From NCBI GenBank assembly GCA_028751095.1, contig JAQZCZ010000001.1, forward strand, positions 149 to 64,148: DNA of 64,000 nucleotides. The letters are read 5' to 3'. Below the pieces are notes generated by a model. It had not been told where the DNA came from. It ran no database searches and saw only the letters and a list, made by a program, of their open reading frames with translations. Shown here piece after piece: positions 1-9,413 of this stretch (position 1 is the first letter of the stretch; every line of letters starts with the position of its first letter). The position numbers were made by a program, and so were the translations under genes. The stretch comes from Euryarchaeota archaeon Ods01. Its GTDB lineage: Archaea; Halobacteriota; Halobacteria; Halobacteriales; Halorutilaceae.

Positions 1-208
1 CGTCGGACAGCATCTCGCGCTCGACAAGCCCGTCCTCTTCGAGAGCCTGTAGACGGCGAGACGCCGTCTGGTCGCTCGTCTCCATACGCGCCGCGAGCTT
101 GCTACAGGAAACCTTAGCGCCCGCTTCGACGCCGCCTTCGAGTCCGAGAATCTTGAGGGCGGCGAGTTCGTCGGGTTCGGCTCCGACGGCGCTTTCCATT
201 TCTGACAT
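1..208 (-). CDS. ribK: CTP-dependent riboflavin kinase with N-terminal wHTH (RibK/RbkR), 5' part only, runs off the window
   Basis: Manual translation from ATG at 208: MSEMESAVGAEPDELAALKILGLEGG...KVSCSKLAARMETSDQTASRRLQALEEDGLVERE, typical of the haloarchaeal HTH-RFK N-terminus; kinase domain not visible. Confidence 0.75.
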   Translation of the reverse strand, partial: MSEMESAVGAEPDELAALKILGLEGGVEAGAKVSCSKLAARMETSDQTASRRLQALEEDGLVEREMLSD

Positions 209-297
209 GTATCACAAAATTGGAACGAAACCATATGAGTCTTTCCGTACGAACCACAACGTATATACCCGCGCCGGAACCCAGTTTCGGACGCGAT

Positions 298-372
298 GGG
301 CCGGTAGCTTAGTCCGGTTAAAGCACCTGGCTCTTAACCAGGTGACCGAGGGTTCAAATCCCTCCCGGCCCG
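298..372 (+). tRNA. tRNA-Lys (CTT)
   Basis: Acceptor stem GGGCCGG/CCGGCCC, anticodon arm CCTGG-CT-CTT-AA-CCAGG, T-arm GGTTCAAATCC. Confidence 0.96.
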
Positions 373-462
373 TGATTCTTACGAGATAGGGTTTGAACCA
401 GTGAGCAAACGCAAGTGAGCGACTGAGGTTCAAATCCCTCCCGGCCCGTGATTCTTACGAGA
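351..462 (+). repeat. 36-bp perfect direct repeat (351-386 and 427-462) of the tRNA-Lys 3' end plus trailer, with a 40-bp spacer that forms an imperfect hairpin
   Basis: GGTTCAAATCCCTCCCGGCCCGTGATTCTTACGAGA occurs twice; AGGGTTTGAACC (388-399) is an inverted near-copy of GGTTCAAATCCCT. Confidence 0.9.
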
Positions 463-464
463 GG

Positions 465-1100
465 CTACGGCTCTATGGTTACCCAGTCCGTAGGCTCGTC
501 AGAGAGTCCTTCAAGACGGACGCGGACACCGTCGTTTTCCTCAACCTCGACAACGCCGTCGAAAAGCTGTCGAACGGTCGAGTACTCTTTGTCGTCGTGG
601 GCGTCGCGGTCGATGACGAAGACGCCGAGTCCTCCGACGTTCCGGACGCGTCCGGTGAATACATGGAGAAACCGGAAGACTGTTTCGAGGTCAGAGTGGA
701 CGAGTAGCTCGGAGACGGAGTCGAGAACGACCCGATTTCGGTCGATACCCCGTCCGTCGTGGTACTCTTCGAGGAGGTTGGATACCTCGACGCCTATACC
801 CGTCATGTCAGCCGGAGAGACGGCGTACCGGACGTTTTGGGAGCCGTCACCCGTTCCGTCACCTTCACCTGAGCAGTCAACGACCGCGAACCTGTCGCCC
901 GAGGCGTCGAAGCTGTCGAGAACCTCGTCGGCAGGGCGTCCCGCAGTGACGTAGACGGTTCCGTCCCCTTCCTCGACACCTTGCTCAACCACCTCTTGGA
1001 CAAACCGAAGGCTACCAGCGTAAGAGCCGGAGACGAGCAGGCTGGTGCCTGCTTCAAGTCCCCCGTGGTCTCCCAAAGCCACCCCAAGTCCGTACGTCAC
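465..1100 (-). CDS. RecA-superfamily KaiC/RAD55-like protein with degenerate Walker A
   Basis: GTSLLVSG, RVVLDSVSELL, TVFRFLHVFTGRV and QLFDGVVEV motifs; no GKT/S. Confidence 0.75.
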   Translation of the reverse strand: MTYGLGVALGDHGGLEAGTSLLVSGSYAGSLRFVQEVVEQGVEEGDGTVYVTAGRPADEVLDSFDASGDRFAVVDCSGEGDGTGDGSQNVRYAVSPADMTGIGVEVSNLLEEYHDGRGIDRNRVVLDSVSELLVHSDLETVFRFLHVFTGRVRNVGGLGVFVIDRDAHDDKEYSTVRQLFDGVVEVEENDGVRVRLEGLSDEPTDWVTIEP

Positions 1101-1284
1101 AGTTGCCTAGGTACTATCATGGTTGGTTTAATCTATCGTTTTGAGTCAGATTATCGGCGCTAGTATCTACGACTTGCATCCCCTCAATTATATAATTTAC
1201 TCCGTTATTATCATCTTGCATAACAGCGGCTCCGGAAGACCCCTTTTCCAAAATCCTTAATACGCGAACACGCCATCCTCAGGT

Positions 1285-1755
1285 ATGGCAGAAACGATAG
1301 AGCTTCTGGTTGAGGGGGGCGAAGCGACGGCAGGACCGCCGCTTGGACCCGCCCTCGGACCCACCGATATCAACGTTGGTGAGGTCGTTCAGGCGATAAA
1401 CGAGGAAACCGCGGACTTCGAAGGAACAGAGGTACCCGTCACGGTCACGGTCGAAGACGGCGAATACGAGATTGACGTAGGTCTTCCGCCCACATCGGCG
1501 CTCGTCAAGGACGAACTCGGCTTCGACACCGGTAGCGGACGCCCACAGGCGGAGTTCGTCGCCGATATGTCGGCGGAACAGCTGAAGAAGGTCGCCGAGA
1601 TGAAGGCTGACGACCTCCTGTCGTACGACACCAAGAACGCCGCGAAGGAAATAGCAGGCTCATGCGTCACCCTCGGTGTCAAGATAGAGGGGCAAGACCC
1701 CCGTGAAGCGGCTCGCCGTATAGACGAAGGCGAGTTCGACGACGTTCTCGTCTGA
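1285..1755 (+). CDS. rpl11: 50S ribosomal protein uL11
   Basis: LLVEGGEATAGPPLGPALGP, GTEVPVTV, PPTSALVK, KEIAGSCVTLGV. Confidence 0.97.
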   Translation: MAETIELLVEGGEATAGPPLGPALGPTDINVGEVVQAINEETADFEGTEVPVTVTVEDGEYEIDVGLPPTSALVKDELGFDTGSGRPQAEFVADMSAEQLKKVAEMKADDLLSYDTKNAAKEIAGSCVTLGVKIEGQDPREAARRIDEGEFDDVLV

Positions 1756-1769
1756 GGTTCTGAGTCTCA

Positions 1770-3614
1770 ATGAAGATAGTTCCAGACACCAGCGTCGTAG
1801 TAGACGGTCGTATCACACAGAAGATAGAGGAAGGCGAGTTCAAGGGCGCTAAGGTCATCGTACACGAGTCGGTCGTCGCCGAACTCGAATCACAGGCGAA
1901 CAAGGGGCGCGAGACGGGTCACAACGGCATCGACGAACTCAAGAAGCTGAGCGAGCTGGCACAGAACGGGCATATCGTCCTCGAATACGAAGGGAAGCGT
2001 CCGACGCTCGAAGAGGTCAAGATGGCGAAGGGCGGCGAGATAGACGCGATGATACGCGCCCTCGCCGTCGAACACGACGCGACCTTCGTGACCTCCGACG
2101 GCGTCCAGAGCGAGATTGCGAAGGCGAAGGGTCTAGAGGTCATCTACCTCCGACCCGAGGACCCCGAGTACGGAGAACTCGAAATCGAGCAGTACTTCGA
2201 CGACAAGACGATGTCGGTCCATCTCAAGGAGGATGTCGAGCCTAAGGCGAAACGCGGCGACATAGGCGCGATGAGGTTCCGTAAGATACGTGACCGACCC
2301 CTCGAAGGCTACGAGGTCCGCCGGATGGCGCAGGAAATCATCGAGGTCGTCAACCGGAGCGACGAGGGCTTCATAGAGGTCGAGAAGGACGGCATGACCA
2401 TCGTCCAGCTACGTAGCATGCGTATCGCCATCGCTCGACCGCCGTTCTCGAACGGGCATGAGATTACCGCCGTCCGTCCCGTCGCCAAGGTCGATATCGA
2501 GGACTACCGGCTCAGCGACGAACTCAAGCAGCGCCTGATAGAGCAACAGCGCGGTATGCTTATCGCAGGTTCGCCGGGAGCAGGTAAGACGACCTTCGCG
2601 CAGGCGGTTGCGGAGTTCCTCAACGACCACGAGTACGCCGTCAAGACGATGGAGTCGCCCCGCGACCTACAGGTCAGCGCCGAGGTGACGCAGTACTCGA
2701 AGCTCGAGGGAAGCATGGAGAACACCGCCGACGTTCTCCTGATGGTACGTCCCGACTACACGGTCTACGACGAGGTCCGTAAGACCGACGACTTCGAGGT
2801 ATTCGCCGACATGCGTCTCGCGGGCGTCGGTATGGTCGGCGTCGTCCACGCGACGCGCGCAATCGACTCGGTCCAGCGCCTCGTCGGACGTGTCGAACTC
2901 GGCATGATACCACAGGTCGTCGATACCGTCGTCCATATCGAGGACGGCGCCGTCGAACGCGTCTACGACCTCGAAAGCGTCGTCAAGGTCCCCGAAGGAC
3001 TCGTCGAGGAGGACCTTGCGCGTCCCGTCATCGAGGTATCGAACTTCGAGACCGGCGACGTAGAGTATGAAATCTACTCGTACAACCGTCAGGTCGTCGT
3101 CATGCCTATCGGCGAGAAGGAACGCGGCGGAAAGGAAGGCGGAGCGTGGAACCTCGTCCGTAAGGAAATACAGCGCGAGATAGGCGAAGTCGCCCGCGGA
3201 TACGTCGACGTTGAACTCGTCGACGACGACCAAGCCGTTATCTACGTCGAGGAGAACGACATACCGTTCGTAATCGGCAAGGACGGCGCGACGATAAACG
3301 AGATAGAGAACAGTCTCGGCATCAATATTGAGGTCAAGTCACACGACGAGCGCCCCGACGACATGGTGACAGAGACACCCGGCTCCGTCGCACAGGGTGA
3401 GGCGGCGGAGGTTCAGGTCACCTCACGCCACGTCATAATGGAACTCGACGGCATGGAGGGCGAGACGGTCGAGGTCTACGCCGACGGCGAGTATCTCTTC
3501 ACCGCGACCGTCGGACGGCAGGGCGATATCAAGGTCTCGCGCGGAAGCGAGATTGCGGAGGCGCTCGAAGACGCCGTTGACGCCGGACGGCACGTGACGG
3601 TCGAGGAAGTTTAA
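1770..3614 (+). CDS. PINc/VapC-family ATPase with KH domain (PINA-like Holliday junction branch-migration ATPase)
   Basis: N-terminal PIN domain (VPDTSVVVDG), Walker A GSPGAGKTT, YDEVR, KH motif VIGKDGATI. Confidence 0.92.
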   Translation: MKIVPDTSVVVDGRITQKIEEGEFKGAKVIVHESVVAELESQANKGRETGHNGIDELKKLSELAQNGHIVLEYEGKRPTLEEVKMAKGGEIDAMIRALAVEHDATFVTSDGVQSEIAKAKGLEVIYLRPEDPEYGELEIEQYFDDKTMSVHLKEDVEPKAKRGDIGAMRFRKIRDRPLEGYEVRRMAQEIIEVVNRSDEGFIEVEKDGMTIVQLRSMRIAIARPPFSNGHEITAVRPVAKVDIEDYRLSDELKQRLIEQQRGMLIAGSPGAGKTTFAQAVAEFLNDHEYAVKTMESPRDLQVSAEVTQYSKLEGSMENTADVLLMVRPDYTVYDEVRKTDDFEVFADMRLAGVGMVGVVHATRAIDSVQRLVGRVELGMIPQVVDTVVHIEDGAVERVYDLESVVKVPEGLVEEDLARPVIEVSNFETGDVEYEIYSYNRQVVVMPIGEKERGGKEGGAWNLVRKEIQREIGEVARGYVDVELVDDDQAVIYVEENDIPFVIGKDGATINEIENSLGINIEVKSHDERPDDMVTETPGSVAQGEAAEVQVTSRHVIMELDGMEGETVEVYADGEYLFTATVGRQGDIKVSRGSEIAEALEDAVDAGRHVTVEEV

Positions 3615-4603
3615 CGCGTAATCTTCTTCGCGGTCTCGAAGAACTCGGCGACGTTCTCGACGGGCGTATCGCGCCAGACGCCGTGCCCGAGGTTGAGGAT
3701 ATGTCCGGAGTCACCCGCCTTCTCGATTACGCGCTCCGTCTCGCGCCGCACCGTCTCGCGGGTTCCGAGAAGGTACGACGGGTCGAGGTTGCCTTGCACG
3801 GGAGTATCACCGAGTTGGTCGCGCGCCTCCTTCATATCGGCGGTCCAGTCGAGCGACAGCACGTCCGCGCCGCTCTCTCTCATCAGGTCAAGGTTCGGGT
3901 TACGGACGAACAGTATCGTCGGAACGTCGACCGCGTCGAACAGGTCGCGGTGGAGAGGTAGAACGTACTCGCGGTACTCGTCAGGTGGGAGGACGCCCGC
4001 CCAGGTGTCGAAAAGCTGTATAACGTCGGCACCGCTCTCCTGCTGGTAGACGAGGTAGTCGCGGGTCACGTCGGCGAAGGCGTCGAGGAGTTCGGCGAAG
4101 GCGTCGGGATGGCGTGCGCGGAAACGGCGGATTCCGTCACGTCCGTCGCCGTCGAAGACGTACGACGCGACGGTAAAGGGACCGCCTGCGAAGCCTATCG
4201 TCGCGGCGTCGTTGGCGAGCGTTGAGTCGAGACGCCCGAGGAGTTCGCCGACATATCCGAGTTGGTCGCGGACATCGCCGCGGTCTCGTTCCACGTCAGC
4301 CGGCGTCTCGACGGGGTTCTCGACGACAGGTCCGACGCCGCTCTCTATACGGTAGTCGAATCCGAGAGGTTCGAGAGTTACGAGTATATCGGAGTACATT
4401 ACGACGCCGTCGGGCGCGAAACGGTCGTACGGCTGGAGCGAGACGCGTTCGGCGACTTCGGGAGTCGATATCGCCTCACGGAACGAGTACTGCTCGCGGA
4501 CTTCGCGGTACTCGGGTAGGTATCGCCCCGCCTGTCGCATCATCCAGACGGGCGGACGTTCGGTACGCTCGCCGCGGGCGGCGCGTAGGAACAGGTCTCT
4601 CAT
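3611..4603 (-). CDS. hemE: uroporphyrinogen decarboxylase
   Basis: PVWMMRQAGRYLPEY, GFAGGPFT, IQLFDTW, HILNLGHG. Confidence 0.96.
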   Translation of the reverse strand: MRDLFLRAARGERTERPPVWMMRQAGRYLPEYREVREQYSFREAISTPEVAERVSLQPYDRFAPDGVVMYSDILVTLEPLGFDYRIESGVGPVVENPVETPADVERDRGDVRDQLGYVGELLGRLDSTLANDAATIGFAGGPFTVASYVFDGDGRDGIRRFRARHPDAFAELLDAFADVTRDYLVYQQESGADVIQLFDTWAGVLPPDEYREYVLPLHRDLFDAVDVPTILFVRNPNLDLMRESGADVLSLDWTADMKEARDQLGDTPVQGNLDPSYLLGTRETVRRETERVIEKAGDSGHILNLGHGVWRDTPVENVAEFFETAKKITR

Positions 4604-4626
4604 GGAGTCGAAGAGGGCGGCGACTC

Positions 4627-5625
4627 CTATCTATCTTCCGGCGATGCCGAGACGGTCGTCCCTTCGAGGGAAACGTCGGCGAACCGCGAGGTAATCTCGA
4701 TGTTGGTCTTCAGGTGGGATGTGACACGGGGCGCTTCGTAGCCGCCGCCCGCGAGAGCGACGTACGGCACCAACTGGTCGGCGACGTGTCGGTCCACGTC
4801 CGCGTCCGCCTGTACTGCCTCGACGAGTTCGCGCGCCGCCTCTTCGCCGACTTCCTCGGCGGGCTTTCCGCGTTCGCCGAGCGCGCTTCCCCCGAGACGT
4901 GTCCCTGCATCAGCAACGAGGTTGACCGCAGTCCCTTTCGACGGCGTGTCTTCGACGTGCACCCCTTCCATCTCCACCGGCGCACCGAGTTCGCGTAAGG
5001 CGTCGCGCGCCGCCTCCGCCTGCCGTTCGACGATATGCTCGGGGAGACCGCAGGCGTGCGAAACTCCGGTGACGCGTCCGAGTTCGTCGCGCCGAGGTTC
5101 GACGGATGAAACCGACGACGGCGAGACGCGTAAGACGATTTCGCCGCCGCCCTGCGGGTAATGACCGCGCCGGACGAGTTCGGCTTCGACGTTCGCGCCC
5201 GCGTCGCGGAGGAGCGGCAGAAAGACGCGCGAGAGATGTTCGAAGGTCGGACTCCACCGGACATGCGTTCCGCCGCATATCCGGAACTCAACGTCGCCGT
5301 CAGCGTGTAGCGCCGCAGGGAGGACTGCGTGCGCAACGAGCGTCGTCGCGCCCGCGGTGCCGACATCGACCTCGTACGTCCCGCCGCGCGGCGCGTCAGG
5401 TTCGAAGACGACGCGTTCCGAACCGCGTTCGTCGCCCTCAACTGTCGCGTCGGTCAGAGCGTCGAGCGCACGGACGCACGCGAGATGCTGCGCGCCCAAG
5501 CCTGGGTCATCGCGTCCCGCGCGGACGTTCTCAATAACGACGCGTTCGCCGCGTACCGCCGCGAGAGCGAGCGACGTACGGACGACCTGTCCGCCGCCTT
5601 CTCCCGTGGAGCCGTCTATCAGCAT
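4627..5625 (-). CDS. rtcA: RNA 3'-terminal phosphate cyclase
   Basis: IDGSTGEGGGQVVR, GGTHVRWSP, RGHYPQGGG, TSHLKTN. Confidence 0.95.
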   Translation of the reverse strand: MLIDGSTGEGGGQVVRTSLALAAVRGERVVIENVRAGRDDPGLGAQHLACVRALDALTDATVEGDERGSERVVFEPDAPRGGTYEVDVGTAGATTLVAHAVLPAALHADGDVEFRICGGTHVRWSPTFEHLSRVFLPLLRDAGANVEAELVRRGHYPQGGGEIVLRVSPSSVSSVEPRRDELGRVTGVSHACGLPEHIVERQAEAARDALRELGAPVEMEGVHVEDTPSKGTAVNLVADAGTRLGGSALGERGKPAEEVGEEAARELVEAVQADADVDRHVADQLVPYVALAGGGYEAPRVTSHLKTNIEITSRFADVSLEGTTVSASPEDR

Positions 5626-5693
5626 GGTTCACCTACGGAATAAGGACGTAAATTCGGTATCCTTTTGGGAACTGTCGCACTACGGTAGGATGA

Positions 5694-5766
5694 GTTCCGA
5701 TAGGGTAGTGGACTATCCTCCGGGCTTGCGGAGCCCGGGACCTGGGTTCAAATCCCAGTCGGAACG
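5694..5766 (+). tRNA. tRNA-Arg (GCG)
   Basis: Acceptor stem GTTCCGA/TCGGAAC, anticodon arm CGGGC-TT-GCG-GA-GCCCG, T-arm GGTTCAAATCC. Confidence 0.95.
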
Positions 5767-5857
5767 GTACTTATTCCCGTGTATTTCTGCTAAGAACGTT
5801 TCTACCGTTATTTTGGACAGTAGATTTATTCGTGAGACCACTGAATAGCCGTCTAGG

Positions 5858-6517
5858 ATGGGGGTGAGCAAGTCCGGATTCGTGGTGCTGTCCATCGGCA
5901 CGGTCATACTCGTCGGTGGTGCGACCAGAGAGATATTCTACCTCCGTCTAATCCTCGCGCTCCTCGGCTTCGCCACCGTAATCGGCGGCTTCGTCATAGT
6001 ATACATGGAGGAAGTCTACGCGCGGAAGTACCTCGGCGAGCGTACGTTCAGCAAGCAGTATGTCCGTCTATTCGGCGCTTCCGTCGTATTCGCCTCCACC
6101 TTCCTGCCCTACCTCCCGATACCGCTCGAATACGGCGCGACGCGTGACGCGTACTCGTATATCGGACTGCTCAACGCGATACGTCTGGGAGCGGATATCG
6201 AGGGCGGTCTCACGCTCCTGATATTCGTCGGCGTCGTCTTCGCGGGTGCGAGCCTGTCGCTCCTACATTACACGGGCGGCTATGTCGTACTGTTCGGTAT
6301 CACGGGCTACGGATACGTCGCATCGATACTTCTCAGGATGGACGTTACCGAAGTCATACTGACGGAGTTCAGAACCGGGATGTACGCCGCGGCGACGGGG
6401 GCGTTCATCGTAATTCTGTCGTCGTTCTTCAGGTACTGCCCCGAAGAGACCGAACGGAAGGATATCGATATGCTACACCGAAAGAGGGCGAGCGACCAGA
6501 ACCCCCGTTCGGGTTAG
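5858..6517 (+). CDS. hypothetical multi-pass membrane protein
   Basis: 219-aa ORF with about 6 hydrophobic segments, fills the gap between the tRNA and the YeeE gene. Confidence 0.7.
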   Translation: MGVSKSGFVVLSIGTVILVGGATREIFYLRLILALLGFATVIGGFVIVYMEEVYARKYLGERTFSKQYVRLFGASVVFASTFLPYLPIPLEYGATRDAYSYIGLLNAIRLGADIEGGLTLLIFVGVVFAGASLSLLHYTGGYVVLFGITGYGYVASILLRMDVTEVILTEFRTGMYAAATGAFIVILSSFFRYCPEETERKDIDMLHRKRASDQNPRSG

Positions 6518-7677
6518 ATTGCGCATCCTACGTCGCGGTACATCCAGTGGGTCATGACGTAGACCCCGGCGATAATCCCGCCTGCGGCGATAAACGAATG
6601 GACGGAGAGTTCAGCGATACCCGAATAGATGTTTCCTATATTGCATCCGGGCGCGAGACGTGAACCCACGCCCATGAGGAAGCCGCCCGCGACGGCGTTG
6701 GGAACGCGCTGTAGCTTAGGTGTGCGGACGCGGAAGTCGCCGCTCCAGAACGCCGCAAGGAACGCACCAACGATGACGAAGGCTATCATCACCATATCGA
6801 CGGTGACCGAGACGCCTTCGCCTGCGAACAGTACCGAACCCCAGTACTCGTAGCCCTCGGCGTCAACGCCCGCCGTCTGGAGGATGTAGGCGGTCCAGCG
6901 CGATTCAGGTCCCGTTATTCCGACGATGGAAACCTGCGTAAACCAGAGGACGGCGACGGCGGTAATGCCGAGCGCCGCGGTGCGGGGGTCCCACGGACGT
7001 TTAGCCGCGGCGCGCCAGTCGTCGATTTCGCGGAATCCGCGGAGGTACTCGACGGTGCCGTCCTTGAGCGACCGTATTCCCGACAGCGTCGCGGCGGGGA
7101 CGAGCGTCACCGAAGCGGCGTCGGCGGCAGAGGTGGCGCGTTTCTTGGTCTCCTCACGTCCCAGAACCGTCGCGTAGACGACGACGAAAGCCGCGACGAC
7201 GAGGACGGCGAGAACCGGCGCGGGTATCGGAGACGCCTCAAACAGCGTCACGCCCTCGCCGAAGGTGAGCGGCTCGAAGTAGGTACTCTGTAACGTCGGG
7301 AAGGCGACCGTGAAGACGGCGTATCCGACGCCCATCGACGCTAAGACGAGCCAGAAATGGAGGTATCCCTGTCCGGCGCGGTAGAGCGTACCGCTCGCAC
7401 ATCCGCCGGCGTAGGTCATACCGATACCGAAGATGAAGCCGCCGATTAAGCCCGTCAGACCCCACTCAGGAGTCCAGAAGCCTTGGTAGTATCCGAAATA
7501 GTATGCGATGCTCCAGAAAATCATCGTCAACGCCACCGCGGCTATTACGCCCTTCGTCACCCGCGTGTCCTTGAACGCGAAGAAGTCGCGGAAGGCGTGG
7601 ACGAAACAGAACCGCCCTTTCTGGAACAGTATTCCGAGGGCGGTTCCGACCACGACTGCGATTATGAGCTGTGACAT
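6514..7677 (-). CDS. YeeE/YedE (TsuA-like) thiosulfate/sulfur-compound transporter
   Basis: Three family Cys motifs GRFCF, GGCASGTLYR and APGCNIG; multi-TM. Confidence 0.9.
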   Translation of the reverse strand: MSQLIIAVVVGTALGILFQKGRFCFVHAFRDFFAFKDTRVTKGVIAAVALTMIFWSIAYYFGYYQGFWTPEWGLTGLIGGFIFGIGMTYAGGCASGTLYRAGQGYLHFWLVLASMGVGYAVFTVAFPTLQSTYFEPLTFGEGVTLFEASPIPAPVLAVLVVAAFVVVYATVLGREETKKRATSAADAASVTLVPAATLSGIRSLKDGTVEYLRGFREIDDWRAAAKRPWDPRTAALGITAVAVLWFTQVSIVGITGPESRWTAYILQTAGVDAEGYEYWGSVLFAGEGVSVTVDMVMIAFVIVGAFLAAFWSGDFRVRTPKLQRVPNAVAGGFLMGVGSRLAPGCNIGNIYSGIAELSVHSFIAAGGIIAGVYVMTHWMYRDVGCAI

Positions 7678-7754
7678 CGGTGTCCCGTAGGTTACCTACT
7701 ATAATAGTAGTAGCTAAACCGACAATTGTTGCAGGATAAGACGAACCTGTTCGG

Positions 7755-8054
7755 TTACCTTTTATGCAGGAAGATACGGTACAGACCGTCGCCGCTTCTC
7801 CAGACCTTCGCCTCGGCGTCGTCCTCCACCGCCTTCGGTACGTTCTCGGTACTCGGCACGTGGTCGGTCTCCTGCACGAGAAGGTCGCCCGAGTCGAGCG
7901 ACGCGAGCGCCTTCTTCGCCTCAACCTGCGGATACGGACACATCTCGCCCTTCATATCCTGAAACTCGTCGGCGTCGTCGGCGAGCGATTCGGCGGTCTC
8001 GTCGTCGAGTTCGTCGGGCATCTCAACTACGTCTTCCCAGTCAGTGCTGCTCAT
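7755..8054 (-). CDS. TusA/YeeD-family sulfurtransferase
   Basis: DMKGEMCPYP (CPxP) motif; next to the YeeE gene. Confidence 0.9.
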   Translation of the reverse strand: MSSTDWEDVVEMPDELDDETAESLADDADEFQDMKGEMCPYPQVEAKKALASLDSGDLLVQETDHVPSTENVPKAVEDDAEAKVWRSGDGLYRIFLHKR

Positions 8055-8114
8055 ACCCGAGGTACGCAGTCGGTATCAAAAAGGACTGTGAAACCTGCGG
8101 CGGTTGCCGGTAGT

Positions 8115-9413
8115 TCAGTCTCCGGGGCTCTCGCCGCCGATTTCGTCGGCGAGTCGGTACGCGTGTCCGAGACGGCCGGTGATACCCGGGCGCTCGACGT
8201 AGTTGGAGCATAGATGGAGTCCGTCGGGAAGTTCGAGGTCGTCGAGAGAGGTCCATGTTGTGTCGTAAGCCGGCATCCCCGGCTCCCACCGGTGGACATG
8301 TATCGGGGTCGCAGGAGCGCCGACGATACGTTCGAACTCCTTGGCGGCGACAGAGCCGAGTTCCTCGTCGGTTGCATCGGACATCCCGGGGTAGCTCGTC
8401 GGGTCGATGTAGCAGGTGAAGGTTCGGTCGCGTCCGAGGAAGCTCGCGTTCCACGTCAGACCGCTCACGGACAGCTCCTCGTGGTGGGGGACGAGAACGC
8501 CGATTCCTTCGCAGTCGTACCCTGAGTCGAGATGGACGACCCCGATGGGATTGTAGCTTAGACGGTCGAGCACCTCGGAGGCGGCGGGCGCGGCGTTCCT
8601 GAGTAGTTCCGCGGCGGTCGGCGCGGGCGTAGTGACGACGACGTGGTCGACACGTATCTCGTCTTCGTAGGTAACGACGCCGTAGCCGTCGTCGGCGGAT
8701 TCGACGGCACGGACGGGGGTTCCGAGACGGACGGCGTCGGCGTTGGCGTCGTACAGAGACTCGGAGAGACGCCCGAGTCCGTCGTCGAAGGTCACGACCG
8801 GAGGCGTGTCGGTACCGGAAACGAGTTTCTTGAGGAGCCAGAGGAGTATGCTCCCGTCGACACCCGCGTTTTCGAGGGCGCGTCCGAGCGAGTACTCGAC
8901 GAGCATCTCGTCGGGCGGCGTTCCGTAGAGTCCGCTGTACAGAGGACCGAAGTACAGACGCGCCGCCTCGTATCCGAACTTGCGCGTCAGGAACCCCTCG
9001 ACGGTTTCGCCGTCGCGGGCGTCGTCGGTGAACGGCTCGGCGAGTATACGCGCCTTAGCGCGCCACGACAGGAGGTCGGTCGTGACGGCTTCGCGGACCG
9101 ACAGGGGAGCGACGCTCATTCCGCCGTCATGGTAGACGTACAGGGGCTGGTCGTCGTCGCCCTCACGGAGTTCGTCGCGGAGTCCGAGTTCGTCGACGAG
9201 AGCCTCGACCGGAGGCGTTAGACGGAGACGCTGGGGTCCGAGTTCAAGGACGCGTCCGTCCTTTTCAACGGTGCTGACGATACCGCCAGGGGAGTCGCTC
9301 GCCTCGAAACAGGTCACGTCGACGCCTCGGTTCCGCAGGCGGTGGACGAGCGCCAGTCCCGAGACACCCGCGCCGATGACAGCGACAGATGGCTCCTCCG
9401 TGGTAGCATTCAT
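8115..9413 (-). CDS. hemG: protoporphyrinogen/coproporphyrinogen oxidase (HemY type)
   Basis: FAD motif VIGAGVSGL, ELGPQ, PLYSGLYG, RWEPGMPAY. Confidence 0.88.
   Translation of the reverse strand: MNATTEEPSVAVIGAGVSGLALVHRLRNRGVDVTCFEASDSPGGIVSTVEKDGRVLELGPQRLRLTPPVEALVDELGLRDELREGDDDQPLYVYHDGGMSVAPLSVREAVTTDLLSWRAKARILAEPFTDDARDGETVEGFLTRKFGYEAARLYFGPLYSGLYGTPPDEMLVEYSLGRALENAGVDGSILLWLLKKLVSGTDTPPVVTFDDGLGRLSESLYDANADAVRLGTPVRAVESADDGYGVVTYEDEIRVDHVVVTTPAPTAAELLRNAAPAASEVLDRLSYNPIGVVHLDSGYDCEGIGVLVPHHEELSVSGLTWNASFLGRDRTFTCYIDPTSYPGMSDATDEELGSVAAKEFERIVGAPATPIHVHRWEPGMPAYDTTWTSLDDLELPDGLHLCSNYVERPGITGRLGHAYRLADEIGGESPGD

Noticed and set aside
351-462. Repeat-spacer-repeat (36/40/36 bp) resembling a mini CRISPR array
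   Set aside because: The repeat is the tRNA-Lys 3' end, there are only two copies, and no cas genes are present
5767-6517. Integrated element at tRNA-Arg
   Set aside because: No duplicated tRNA 3' end and no integrase found; only one hypothetical membrane gene follows
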